Of a DNA stretch of 43,222 nucleotides, positions 9,408-18,961 are shown piece by piece (within the stretch, counting starts at the first letter, position 1; the number at the start of each line of letters is the position of its first letter). The notes under the pieces were generated by a model that did not search any database, had not been told where the DNA came from, and worked only from the letters and a program-made list of their open reading frames with translations. The position numbers and the translations under genes are program-made. This DNA is from Infirmifilum sp. (GTDB lineage: Archaea > Thermoproteota > Thermoprotei > Thermofilales > Thermofilaceae): assembly GCA_041287245.1 (NCBI GenBank), contig JBEULP010000069.1:1-43222 (forward strand). The letters are read 5' to 3'.

Positions 9408-10048
9408 CCCTTTGCGCGCGTGGCGTATAGATGAGCCTGTCTTATAGGCTCGGGTATGGAGGCGTTTTTCCTTGTGAAGTACATCGTCAATTTCAAGGCT
9501 GTGTTCAGTGTTATCATGTTACCGACGCTTACGTAGACATACTTTTTTGACCGGCCGAGCCTGACAGCATAAGCTAAAACCTCATTGTTGTAGATAACTT
9601 TTCCCAGCCTCTCATTTATTTTCTCGACGTTCCCGATAAGTAGTTTCTTGGCAATTCCTATCGTGGGCTTTCGAATAATAACCCCCAGGTGGCATGCAAA
9701 CCCTGCCTTATATGGGTGTAAACGTCCGTTCCCGTCTACGAAGACAAGCTGAAATGGGGTTTTCAACGCTTGTAAAGCCTTGAAGGCTGGCCACGTCTCC
9801 CTAAACGCTAAGAAAGTAGGAATATAGGGAAACCTCACCTCAGTCTCAACCACGGACGCCTCAACAGGGGAGAAGGTCGTGGCGTCAATTACGACAGCCG
9901 CAGCTATGGCGTTCTCACCCTTATATGCTATGTCGACACCAGCTGCATAGCGAATAGGAAAATCGATTTCATCAGCTTCCTTGACTTTCTCGGCAATCTT
10001 CTTTTGGGCGAATCTAGCCTTTTCAACAGAGAAGTCTTCAGGAATCAT
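9404..10048 (-). CDS. nfi: Endonuclease V
   Basis: AGVDIAY, FPYIPTFLAFRE, VDGNGRLHP, GIAKKLL, YVSVG, PEPIRQAH. Confidence 0.95.
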   Translation of the reverse strand: MIPEDFSVEKARFAQKKIAEKVKEADEIDFPIRYAAGVDIAYKGENAIAAAVVIDATTFSPVEASVVETEVRFPYIPTFLAFRETWPAFKALQALKTPFQLVFVDGNGRLHPYKAGFACHLGVIIRKPTIGIAKKLLIGNVEKINERLGKVIYNNEVLAYAVRLGRSKKYVYVSVGNMITLNTALKLTMYFTRKNASIPEPIRQAHLYATRAKG

Positions 10049-10682
10049 TTTTGTTCAGCGCTTCCTGGATTTTTTCTGTGAGTCTTTGTGATTTTTCAGA
10101 GAAAAGTATGTCCTTCTTAGTACTGTCCAATAGTGCCCGAGCGACGTCTACTTTGTGACGCAGGCCTGGAACCAAAGCCTCTGGCAGCGTGGGCTTGCTG
10201 AGCTCGAAGAATACTGTCTCCATTAGCTCCATCAGCTCCCAAGCCCTTCTTATCTCATCTTTACGCAACTCGTCAAGTATGCTCCGCCTTAGCTCGCCTA
10301 TCAAATCGCCCATTCCGAGAAGATAGGCTTGTGGCTCGACAGGTAGTTCATCAAGCGGTGGTATTTCTTGAGATGTAACTATAGCATACAAGGCTGTTGC
10401 TTCAACATACTCGGCTTGAGCAGAAGACACGGAGCCCGTGTAATAAAGGCTTGGATACCGCTCCTTAAACTCTAACACTTTGCCCAAGAGTTTCTGCGCC
10501 TCAGTTAGCACAAGCGTGGCTTTCTCAAGATCTCCACGGTGGATAGCAAATATCGCCTCGCGGGTCTTCCTGGTTATCTCTCGGGTCAATACTAGAAGCT
10601 CCTCTCTTTTCTCGTCTAGAGTCGAGAGTGCGTTAACAGACTTCTCGATGTTTCTCCTAATAATATCTTCAACTAAACCCAT
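10038..10682 (-). CDS. Translin/TRAX (C3PO) family RNase
   Basis: DEKREELL, AIFAIHRG, QAEYVEA, YLLGMGDLIGELRR, LRHKVD. Confidence 0.9.
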   Translation of the reverse strand: MGLVEDIIRRNIEKSVNALSTLDEKREELLVLTREITRKTREAIFAIHRGDLEKATLVLTEAQKLLGKVLEFKERYPSLYYTGSVSSAQAEYVEATALYAIVTSQEIPPLDELPVEPQAYLLGMGDLIGELRRSILDELRKDEIRRAWELMELMETVFFELSKPTLPEALVPGLRHKVDVARALLDSTKKDILFSEKSQRLTEKIQEALNKNDS

Positions 10683-10837
10683 GTTTTCTAGCCTCCTAAC
10701 CTGTTAACTCTTTTAACTAGGAATTTAATTGGAAGGTAGTATATAAAACACCTTACGTTCGCCTTTACTGGGAAAAGCTTTAAACGAGTATCGCGTAATG
10801 GCTTAGGGCGCGCGCAAAAGCGCGCACTCGTGTAAAT

Positions 10838-11752
10838 ATGGCCGAAGAATACTTAAAAGCAGGGCAGATCGCCGCGCAAGCCCTTAAGCTTGCTTTGGAC
10901 GTTACGAGCGAAGGGGCTCCTCTGATCGATATTGCTGAGAAGATTGAGAGCTTCATCTATTCTAGAGGTGGGAACCCCGCGTTCCCAGTTAACATATCTA
11001 TCAACGAAGTAGCTGCTCACTACTCACCCTCTGTAGAGGATCAACACGTAGTACCTCGTGGCTCAATAGTCAAGGTTGACCTCGGCGTTCATGTGGACGG
11101 CTATATCGCTGATACAGCTATAACAATATTCTTCGACGAGAAGTTCCGCCTTCACGTGAAAGCTGCGCTCGAAGCACTAGAAGAGGCTATTGCTATAATA
11201 CGACCCGGAATAGGTGTAAACGACGTTGCAAAGTATATTTCAAACAAAATTTACTCCTATGGCTTACGTCCGATAAGGAACCTTACGGGGCATAAGGTGG
11301 AAAGATATAATCTTCACGCAGGCAAAAGCATCCCCAACACGCCTGGGCCCGAATACTTCGCTACGCGTATATCCGAAGGAGAAACATTCGCCATCGAACC
11401 ATTCGCAACGGACGGTGCGGGTTTGGTTGTCGACAAAGGCTGGAGCAACATCTACAGAATTATCTCTGTGAAAAAGGTACCTAAGCAAGAAGCTCTTAAT
11501 AATGCCCTAGAGTCTATCTGGAAAAAGTACGGCCCCCTCCCTTTCTCCGAGCGATGGGTTTTAAACAAAATACTAGATAGGTCTCAACTAGACGAACTCG
11601 TTAAGCTTAAGCGGGTTTATCACTACCCGCGGCTTGTGGAGCAGTCAGGAGGGTTTGTAAGCCAATTCGAAGACACTGTAATTGTTCTAAAGGACAAGGT
11701 CATACCAATCGCCTCGACAGTGGAACTATACAGGGCTTCAATGCAGATCTAA
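10838..11752 (+). CDS. map: Methionine aminopeptidase type II
   Basis: AFPVNISINEVAAHY, DLGVHVDGYIADTA, NLTGH, AIEPFAT, QFEDT. Confidence 0.96.
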   Translation: MAEEYLKAGQIAAQALKLALDVTSEGAPLIDIAEKIESFIYSRGGNPAFPVNISINEVAAHYSPSVEDQHVVPRGSIVKVDLGVHVDGYIADTAITIFFDEKFRLHVKAALEALEEAIAIIRPGIGVNDVAKYISNKIYSYGLRPIRNLTGHKVERYNLHAGKSIPNTPGPEYFATRISEGETFAIEPFATDGAGLVVDKGWSNIYRIISVKKVPKQEALNNALESIWKKYGPLPFSERWVLNKILDRSQLDELVKLKRVYHYPRLVEQSGGFVSQFEDTVIVLKDKVIPIASTVELYRASMQI

Positions 11753-11780
11753 TTCATTAAAGAATAATCTTAGCGCGTAG

Positions 11781-11894
11781 TGGGGCCGCCGGGATTTGAA
11801 CCCGGGACCACCTGGGCTCCTGTTTCGAATCTTGATCCCAAGTCCTGTGCCAGGATGGCATGCCAGGCATCCTACCAGGCTGGACTACGGCCCC
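11781..11894 (-). tRNA. tRNA-Pro(TGG) with two 20-nt introns (32/33: 11861-11842; 37/38: 11836-11817)
   Basis: Minus strand: acceptor GGGGCCG/CGGCCCC-A, anticodon stem CCTGG/CCAGG, T arm CCGGG-TTCAAAT-CCCGG; removing both BHB-type introns gives a 74-nt tRNA with loop CT-TGG-GC; CCA not encoded. Confidence 0.92.
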
Positions 11895-11984
11895 TGTTTA
11901 TGGGATTCACATTAGGCGAGCTTATCTTTTTTTCGCCACGGGAAAGGGTTTTTACCTTGTAGTAAGGTTTAAACACTGATAGTT

Positions 11985-12728
11985 ATGGAAGTTGTAGTCG
12001 GGACGTGCGGTTTCTCAGGCAAGGGCGGTCGCAAGAATTATTTCCAAAAATTTAGTGCTGTGGAGCTCCAAGACACATTTTATAGGGTAGTTCCCGATGA
12101 AACCCTGCGTAAGTGGCGGGAAGAGGCCCCAGCAGGGTTTGAGTTCACCTTAAAGGCTTTCCAAGGCATAACGCACCCTAAAACCTCCCCCACCTGGAGG
12201 AGGGCAGGAGGGATAAAACCAACGGAGTCCCATGGTTTCTTCAAGCCTACACCAGAGGTTTTCTCAGGCTGGGAATATACTATGCGAGCCGCATCTATTC
12301 TTAGATCCAGGGTCGTGGTTTTTCAAACCCCTCCAAGTTTTGGTCCCACCGAAGAGAATCTTGAGAATCTTAAGGCGTTTTTCAGCAAGATAAATAGGGG
12401 CGACCTTATACTGGGCTGGGAGCCAAGGGGTAAATGGAACGAAAAGCCCGACCTATTAGCCGAGGTTCTCAAGAGATATGACCTTATCCACGTTGTCGAC
12501 CCCTTCCGAAGGCTTCCTCTAGTAGTAGGAAAAGTCCTCTATTTTAGGCTGCACGGGATTGGTCGAGGAGAGGTTAATTATTCGTATAGATATACGGAGG
12601 AAGACCTTGGGAGACTCGCGATGATGATAAAACAATTCGAGTCTTCCCGTATCTACATCTTCTTCAACAACATCAACATGTTTACCGATGCTCTTGAGTT
12701 TAAAGAAAGATTTCTCTCGCTTGCGTAA
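11985..12728 (+). CDS. DUF72 (YecE/YunF) family protein
   Basis: VGTCGF, VELQDTFY, FTLKAFQGITH, FQTPPSF, EPRG, YFRLHG, YSYRYT, FFNN. Confidence 0.92.
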   Translation: MEVVVGTCGFSGKGGRKNYFQKFSAVELQDTFYRVVPDETLRKWREEAPAGFEFTLKAFQGITHPKTSPTWRRAGGIKPTESHGFFKPTPEVFSGWEYTMRAASILRSRVVVFQTPPSFGPTEENLENLKAFFSKINRGDLILGWEPRGKWNEKPDLLAEVLKRYDLIHVVDPFRRLPLVVGKVLYFRLHGIGRGEVNYSYRYTEEDLGRLAMMIKQFESSRIYIFFNNINMFTDALEFKERFLSLA

Positions 12729-12739
12729 AACGGGACAAA

Positions 12740-13840
12740 TTATTTTTCGAGCTCGCTGCTTAAGGAGAATCGTGCCTCGGCTTCTAGGAAGCTTTTCAAC
12801 TGTGAAATTGTTTCTACAGGTGTGGGGTCTACGCCGAGCAGCAGTGAGAGCGCAACAGAGGTTATATCGGCTTTTAGGACAAGTGAGAGAAGTTCGCCGG
12901 CTCTATCACTGCCTTCTCCATGGATGTTATAGAATGGTACCTGGTTCTTCTCGAAGAGCTTCTCTAGAAATTCAATCCTCTTAGTCATATAGGTTGGCTC
13001 CTCCTTACCCCTTACGAGGATTACTGTAAACTTGTTAAGGCGGCTCCCCCACCCCATTATCTCGTTATGGTTCGTCTCTGGAAGTTCGCCGTAGAATGCA
13101 TGTAGCTTTGTATTTTCATTTAACTGCGTCTTAAACCTGTAGGATGGTGAGAGGTAAGGCGAGTAGCCGTAAATCAGGGGCACACGGCCATTCTCGACAT
13201 CTTCTTTGAGTAACCTTGACAGAGCTAATCCATCTGTAATTGTTCTATCAAGCTTCTCAGAGAGCTCTTCGCTAGCCCTTTTCAACCTTCCAGCTAAATC
13301 GATACCTAGAACAGAGGAGGCAAGCGCGACAACAGCGGCTGTTAGAAACGGGAAGGCGGCGCGGGGAGGGATTCCTGGTGGAACACGGATAACCGGTACA
13401 CCGGTTTTTTCAGAAACTGTTGCCAGTTCACCGCCAGATGTAACGGCAACAATAGAAAGCTTTCTCTTAATCCCTTCAAGATAAACCCGTAGTGTTTCCT
13501 CGGTGTTTCCAGAGTAGCTGACGTTAATTAGTAGAAACCTCTCGTCGACAAAGCTGGGAAGTCTCGCGTCTCTGTTCAGTACAAGCTGTTTCTTACTCCT
13601 ATCGATGATTAGGTCTTGTAGGAAAAGCCCGCTAATAAAGGAGCCACCCATCCCGCTTATAACCACTCCTTCAAACCTCTCAGGTTCAATCCCCTTTATG
13701 CCGGCTACAGTTTCCCCGTATTTTTCGATGCTCTCAAACAAGTACTGAGGCATCTTTACTACGTATGAAAGCATGGAAGAGGGGTCTTTGCTCCTCGCAT
13801 CGGGAGATATAAGCGTGTAAAGTTCTTCAGTATTAACCAT
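12740..13840 (-). CDS. Bifunctional phosphoglucose/phosphomannose isomerase
   Basis: GMGGS, SYSGNTEET, TSGG, PPRAA, RFKTQLNENTK, PETNHNEI, GVDP. Confidence 0.93.
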   Translation of the reverse strand: MVNTEELYTLISPDARSKDPSSMLSYVVKMPQYLFESIEKYGETVAGIKGIEPERFEGVVISGMGGSFISGLFLQDLIIDRSKKQLVLNRDARLPSFVDERFLLINVSYSGNTEETLRVYLEGIKRKLSIVAVTSGGELATVSEKTGVPVIRVPPGIPPRAAFPFLTAAVVALASSVLGIDLAGRLKRASEELSEKLDRTITDGLALSRLLKEDVENGRVPLIYGYSPYLSPSYRFKTQLNENTKLHAFYGELPETNHNEIMGWGSRLNKFTVILVRGKEEPTYMTKRIEFLEKLFEKNQVPFYNIHGEGSDRAGELLSLVLKADITSVALSLLLGVDPTPVETISQLKSFLEAEARFSLSSELEK

Positions 13841-13872
13841 CTCTGGTCACAAGAAAAAGAATGCTTTAAACC

Positions 13873-15171
13873 TTAAAAATTATTTGAGGTTAAAAGTTTG
13901 ACAGCTTCCTCAAGGCCAAGAGTAGCTTCAGTCCACTTTTCAAGATTCCTAATAGTAACCTTCCCCCCTCTAAACTCCTTCTCCCCGATGAAAACGGCAA
14001 ACCTCGCCCCTCTCTTAGCAGCCTTTTCTAGAGTTTTCGAAATAGACTTTGTCTCGTATTCCACAATCGTCCTAAGGCGGCACTCTCTGCGGATAGTCTC
14101 AGCCACCCGTATAGCATACAAGAGCATGTCGAAGGATTCGCCGACAGGAATAACAGCAACGTCATAGAGCGAAACCCTCTGAGGCAATTTACCCTCCTCT
14201 GCTAAAACCTCCAGAAGCCTGTCAACACCTATAGCCATCCCGGTGGCAGGGATTTTAGGACCGCCCAGGGAGCTGATCAAATCGTCATAGCGCCCCCCTC
14301 CCGCAACACTCCCAATTTCGCCAGTGAGAGAAGTCTTAACCTCGAAGACCAGGCCTGTGTAGTATCCAAGCCCTCTAACTATGCTGAAGTCAACCCTGGC
14401 TTGAACGCCGTATGACTCGCTGAGAATATCGAGTACACGCTTGAGAAACTCCACCCCCTCTTTACCACCCTCTGATTTTACCTCTACCTCCAGCCCCGAG
14501 GTTGAAAGCTGGCTTAAAACTTCCTCGGCTTTCTCCCGGGAGGCTCCCAGACGGGAGAGCTCCTTTGCAACGTATTCGCTCCCTCTCTTATCCATCTTGT
14601 CCAACGCTCTAAGTGCCTCGTTTAAACGAGATGAGGGGATCCCGGAGGACTGCAGAAGGTCCTCGACAACAGCTCGGTGGCTTAGTCTTACTTCAAAATG
14701 TTCGAGGCCTGCCGCCCTAACAGCCTGGCTAGCCATAGCTATAACCTCAGCATCCCCAGCCGGCCCCGGGACACCTATCAACTCAACGCCCGCCTGCCAA
14801 AACTCCCGAAGCCTGCCCCTCTGTGGCTCCTCGTATCTCCACACAGGCTGGATATAGTAGAAACGTATAGGCCTCGGCATCTCAAGCTTTGACGCAACAA
14901 TCCTTGCAATAGGCGTGGTAAGCTCGAAGCGGAGGCCAAGGTCCCTTCCAGCCTTATCCTTGAAATTATATATCTGCTCAACGACTTCTTCGCCAGCCTT
15001 CGCCACAAGAACCTCTAAATGTTCAAAGGCAGGGGTCTCCACCTCGCCATAGCCATACAGCTCAAAAACTCTCCTAATCCTCTCGCAGACCTCCCTCTTT
15101 GCGAGGCTCTCCTCAGGCATTCTATCCCTAGTCCCCCTAGGAGGCCGCAACGGTAACACACCAGACATCAT
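13873..15171 (-). CDS. hisS: Histidine--tRNA ligase
   Basis: PRGTRD, LRFELT, WRYEEPQRGRLREFWQ, VRGLGYYTG, GGGRYD; start moved to ATG 15171, downstream of a BRE/TATA near 15226-15213. Confidence 0.96.
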   Translation of the reverse strand: MMSGVLPLRPPRGTRDRMPEESLAKREVCERIRRVFELYGYGEVETPAFEHLEVLVAKAGEEVVEQIYNFKDKAGRDLGLRFELTTPIARIVASKLEMPRPIRFYYIQPVWRYEEPQRGRLREFWQAGVELIGVPGPAGDAEVIAMASQAVRAAGLEHFEVRLSHRAVVEDLLQSSGIPSSRLNEALRALDKMDKRGSEYVAKELSRLGASREKAEEVLSQLSTSGLEVEVKSEGGKEGVEFLKRVLDILSESYGVQARVDFSIVRGLGYYTGLVFEVKTSLTGEIGSVAGGGRYDDLISSLGGPKIPATGMAIGVDRLLEVLAEEGKLPQRVSLYDVAVIPVGESFDMLLYAIRVAETIRRECRLRTIVEYETKSISKTLEKAAKRGARFAVFIGEKEFRGGKVTIRNLEKWTEATLGLEEAVKLLTSNNF

Positions 15172-15301
15172 TGCACGCCTGCCGTCATCTCCAGCCTCAC
15201 AGCTTAAAGCCTTTCGCAGCGCGAGGCTCGATAGGCCTGGGAATATATCCTCAAACCGGTGCCCGGCCCAGAGGAAAAAGCCCTTCAAGGAGAGAGACCG
15301 G

Positions 15302-16312
15302 CTATGTCTCTAGGGGCCTAGCTATGTATATGTTGTCCTTGTTTCTAGAGATCTCAACGTGCACACGAAAGCCCACAGGAGCAGATTCACGTACACCAGC
15401 AATTGTGATTATTCTTCCCCGCGACACGGAGAGCCACTGCCCTTTAAGCCACCCAGGGCCTAGAACCCTCGCATTCGTCCTTTCCCCAACCTCGAACATC
15501 AAAGGAACTCTAGGCGCACGCTTAATCCCGAAGTCGGCAGGGGTGAGTCGGAGTTTAACGCCATATTCTCTCTCCCAGGTCTCCAAAGCACGATAAAAAT
15601 CTGACCATCTCATAGGTTTCACGCCCGGTACTTTTCGTCCATACTTGTGAGCCTCATACTTCTGTATTCCGAGAGGAGGTGATCTTTTGCCAGCTCCAAT
15701 CCTTAAAGCCCACTCTATGATTCGCGGAATGTCTCCATCGTTATAACCCGGCACCCACACGGGAGCGACCAACAGGTCCACCTGCAAGTTTTTCACGATA
15801 TACTCGGCGACCCTCACTACCCTCTGAACGTCAAACCAGGGAGTTCCAGAAAGAACTCTAGCCTTAGCAGGGTCCAGGGAATCAATAGACAAGTTTATCC
15901 GATCCAGACCTGCCTCAGCTAGCCTTTCTGCCATCTTCTCTGTTAATAAGGCGCCGTGTGTTTCTAGAACGATGCTTAGAGTGCGTCCCGTACTTTTTAA
16001 GAGCCTCACGAGATCCGTTATCCTGGGATGCGTTAAGGGATCGCCGACAGCGTCAATATATGCATGAGCCGCTTCTAGGCGTTTAACTCGAATAATCTCT
16101 AGGAACCATTCTGTTAAATAGCGTTCATCAACTAGGAACTCTGAGGCTCTTGTAGAAGATCGCGGGCCAGCGTCTACCGAGCAGAAAATACAGGAAAGGG
16201 GGCAGAAAGAGGATGGGCGGATCTGCAGCAGGTTTGTACCCCTGTCTATTATTCCAAAGGCGATGTGGCCGATCAGGGGAATATCTCGGCTGATATAATA
16301 GAAGAAACGCAT
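15302..16312 (-). CDS. Radical SAM protein (COG2100-type) with C-terminal TRAM-like domain
   Basis: IPLIGHIAFGIIDRGTNLLQIRP, CPLSCIFCSVD (CxxxCxxC), C-terminal beta-rich ..RNKDNIYIA. Confidence 0.85.
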   Translation of the reverse strand: MRFFYYISRDIPLIGHIAFGIIDRGTNLLQIRPSSFCPLSCIFCSVDAGPRSSTRASEFLVDERYLTEWFLEIIRVKRLEAAHAYIDAVGDPLTHPRITDLVRLLKSTGRTLSIVLETHGALLTEKMAERLAEAGLDRINLSIDSLDPAKARVLSGTPWFDVQRVVRVAEYIVKNLQVDLLVAPVWVPGYNDGDIPRIIEWALRIGAGKRSPPLGIQKYEAHKYGRKVPGVKPMRWSDFYRALETWEREYGVKLRLTPADFGIKRAPRVPLMFEVGERTNARVLGPGWLKGQWLSVSRGRIITIAGVRESAPVGFRVHVEISRNKDNIYIARPLET

Positions 16313-16326
16313 ACTTCTACCAAGCC

Positions 16327-18453
16327 TCAGAAGAAAATGCTTTCCTCCTCCTCACGCTCCTCTTTTTCTCTTCTGCGGAAAAATTTCCTTAACTTCTCGA
16401 TAAGGCTTTCCTTTTCTTCCCCCTCACCGGCTCCGACTTCAAACATGTTTTTAAACACGGCCATGCTTTCATATCTTTTAAGGAGAAAAACCGAGATTAC
16501 CGTTAAGATAAGAGTCGCTAGGACAAAAACTACACTCTGGAACATTGAAAGCTTGAAGAAAGGCGTATCCACTAGGATATCAAGGAAAACGGGTATTTCC
16601 TTCTCATCCCCAGCGAGCCGTTGACTGTAAACATATGCACCATAATCAACTCTGAGAACTAAGTCCCCGTTAGATGCCACGGGCACCCCCTTCATAACCA
16701 CGCTCCCACTCTGATCCGTGGTGTCTGTTACGGAAAACACCGATTTGTTCCCAAGGTAGAGTGTAAGCGTAACCTTAGCGCCGACGACCGGGCGGTCAAA
16801 CCAGCTCTTAACAGTGACCTTGAATTCTGTTATAGGGGCTGTGAGGCTCAGGTTTCCTTTTGTAACGCTGAAAACCCTGTCGATTAAGATTACGCCACTA
16901 CATTTGAGCGTGAGATGGGCGTCTGTCTGGGGGAGTGCTTGAAAGAATGCCTGACCGTCTCTAAGCTTGGAGGAGAGCGCCAGGTTCCCAGCGGTTACGT
17001 TTACGTAGCAGCCGCTTAGGGGGTTACCCTTCTTATCGACTACAGTGATTGTAACATCGTATACGGGGATGTCGGCCTGTAGGGTTCCCGTGGCTCCAAC
17101 TTTAAGAAAAGTCGTATAGGATAATCCTGCGTAGCGAATCACAATCTTGAGATTACCTCCCACGGGAAGCACGCCCAGGGGGACCCTCTTGGTACTCTCG
17201 CCTCCTCCAGAGAGGCTTGGAGTTGTATAAAGGAGGATCTCTCTATCACTGTAAACGTAAAAGACGTCTACAGCTATGCCTTGAGGTAGAAAACTGGTGC
17301 CTTCAGGCTTAAAGACAATCGAGGATGGTACTACTGATAGCTGTAGGTCAAAATTATTGCTTGAGATGGATATCCTCCCCTCGTAGATTAAGCCTATGAT
17401 GGCGCTGGTCAACCGTATCGTATAATCTCCTGGGACTGTCTGGTAAATCGTGAGGACATGCGAGTTCCCAAGTGTATAGTTGAGCACAGCGCCTAGAGGG
17501 GTGGTTAAAGTGACGGCTAAGTCTTGGGAGATTAAAGGTTGATTGTTTATATCAAATAATCTGATAGTCAACATACTAATGATGTTTACACCTATCGTAT
17601 AGTTCCATGACCTTTCGTCGACAAGGATAGTTTTCTCCGCGATCTTTTTTCCATGTAGATAAACCTGCACGGTATAAGATCCAAGCAAAGCCCCCTGGAG
17701 AATTATTTTATCCTGTGTTTTGAAATCCACCGTTCCAAGCTTGGTCCCCAAGTAGTAGATTTCAGCTGCGCCATCGAAGCCTTGCACCGTCGAGCCGTCG
17801 GGCAGTCTAAAGTAAAAAACCAGGATGTTCCATACGGGAAGTTTTACGACTACAAGGCTAGTATCACATGAGACCAGCAAGCTATCAGAAACGGTAGCGT
17901 TTCCATAATTATTCCACTGGTAAACGACCTTATACTTCAGGGTGCCATAAGGCAGCCAAACTGAGACGCTATCACTAGCTCCAGAGTTGAACGGAGGATA
18001 ACCAGCAGGGGAGTTAATGGTTAACACGTAACCTGGGAGTCCCTGACCAGAAAGGAGGCCGACAGCTCTAAACGTAACTTTGGTTATGTTAGCCTTGATG
18101 TTAACCTGTGTCGAGTTATTTAAGGATAAGTTCCCAAAGTATACAGGGGTGCCAAGGTATAGGACTGTGATGTTGTAACTTCCTGTTGGCACCTGAATCG
18201 TGAAGACATCTTTTCCCTTGACTTCTTTTGTAAAGTTCAAACCCCTAAGCTGTACACTTAGGGGGTCTAGAAAGCTAGGGTCAATCTTGGCACCTTTACA
18301 TGAATAGACTGCTATCGTCACATTCACCTGCGTCACATTCGCAAAAGCATACTTCTCGGGTCTATGGGAGGGGGTTGAAGCGTTTAGCCTGCCTGCTACA
18401 CTAAGCAGGAAAACCAGGAAGAGCACCAGTAATAACAGTTTTCTCCCCATCAC
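16327..18453 (-). CDS. Secreted, membrane-anchored multi-beta-sandwich glycoprotein (carboxypeptidase-regulatory-like repeats)
   Basis: N-terminal signal peptide, repeated beta-rich units (VVDKKGNPLSG, PVVGAKV, TTDQSG), 15 N-X-S/T sequons by my count, C-terminal TM plus charged tail. Confidence 0.75.
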   Translation of the reverse strand: MMGRKLLLLVLFLVFLLSVAGRLNASTPSHRPEKYAFANVTQVNVTIAVYSCKGAKIDPSFLDPLSVQLRGLNFTKEVKGKDVFTIQVPTGSYNITVLYLGTPVYFGNLSLNNSTQVNIKANITKVTFRAVGLLSGQGLPGYVLTINSPAGYPPFNSGASDSVSVWLPYGTLKYKVVYQWNNYGNATVSDSLLVSCDTSLVVVKLPVWNILVFYFRLPDGSTVQGFDGAAEIYYLGTKLGTVDFKTQDKIILQGALLGSYTVQVYLHGKKIAEKTILVDERSWNYTIGVNIISMLTIRLFDINNQPLISQDLAVTLTTPLGAVLNYTLGNSHVLTIYQTVPGDYTIRLTSAIIGLIYEGRISISSNNFDLQLSVVPSSIVFKPEGTSFLPQGIAVDVFYVYSDREILLYTTPSLSGGGESTKRVPLGVLPVGGNLKIVIRYAGLSYTTFLKVGATGTLQADIPVYDVTITVVDKKGNPLSGCYVNVTAGNLALSSKLRDGQAFFQALPQTDAHLTLKCSGVILIDRVFSVTKGNLSLTAPITEFKVTVKSWFDRPVVGAKVTLTLYLGNKSVFSVTDTTDQSGSVVMKGVPVASNGDLVLRVDYGAYVYSQRLAGDEKEIPVFLDILVDTPFFKLSMFQSVVFVLATLILTVISVFLLKRYESMAVFKNMFEVGAGEGEEKESLIEKLRKFFRRREKEEREEEESIFF

Positions 18454-18616
18454 ACTCGGCTAGCTAAATTACTGTTCTTTCCTATAAAACACTTGTTGTA
18501 TTATCGCTCTGCGGGTTCTGGGCTATGCGCGCATGGGTTCGGTGATGTGGGAGAAGCCCTTACAACGGGAAGAGGTAAGCCAAAAAAATTTTAACTCAGA
18601 GATCGATAGAAGCATT

Positions 18617-18961
18617 ATGTCTGTGGATCAAGGTCTGCTCTTAAAGTATCAACAAACAGTGGATGAGCTGCGAGCAGTGGTTTTAAACTTACAGCAATTC
18701 CGAACACGCCTCTTAGAGGTTGAGAAGACGCTAAAAGAACTTGAAAAAACGCCTGAGCAGTTTGTCTATAAAGCCATGGGCGGCATTCTGATGAAGGTTT
18801 CAAAGGAGGAGGTTGCGAAAGATTTGTCCTCTGAAAAAGAGCTTCTCCAGGTTAGAATAGAAGAGTTTTCGAAACGTGAAAAGCTACTTAGAGAAAGGGC
18901 AAGCTCTCTTGAGAAACAGGTAAGGATGGCGATCTCAGGTACGGGTGGAACTGCTCAGTGA
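18617..18961 (+). CDS. pfdB: Prefoldin beta subunit
   Basis: Coiled coils flanking VYKAMGGILMK; start moved to ATG 18617, downstream of AAAATTTTAA. Confidence 0.92.
   Translation: MSVDQGLLLKYQQTVDELRAVVLNLQQFRTRLLEVEKTLKELEKTPEQFVYKAMGGILMKVSKEEVAKDLSSEKELLQVRIEEFSKREKLLRERASSLEKQVRMAISGTGGTAQ

Noticed and set aside
10808..10826. GCGCGC-AAAA-GCGCGC hairpin upstream of map
   Set aside because: Low-complexity self-complementary run with no further support
11780..11962. 60-aa ORF MGPPGFEPGT..
   Set aside because: Antisense shadow of the tRNA-Pro gene
15172..15288. N-terminal extension of HisRS
   Set aside because: Contains a BRE/TATA promoter; HisRS homology starts at PRGTRD
18513..18564. 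H/ACA-like hairpin (GGGCT/AGCCC stem, internal loop, ACA at 18562)
   Set aside because: K-loop G-A pairs are absent, the pocket-to-ACA distance is only about 12 nt, and I could not identify a target; not fully excluded
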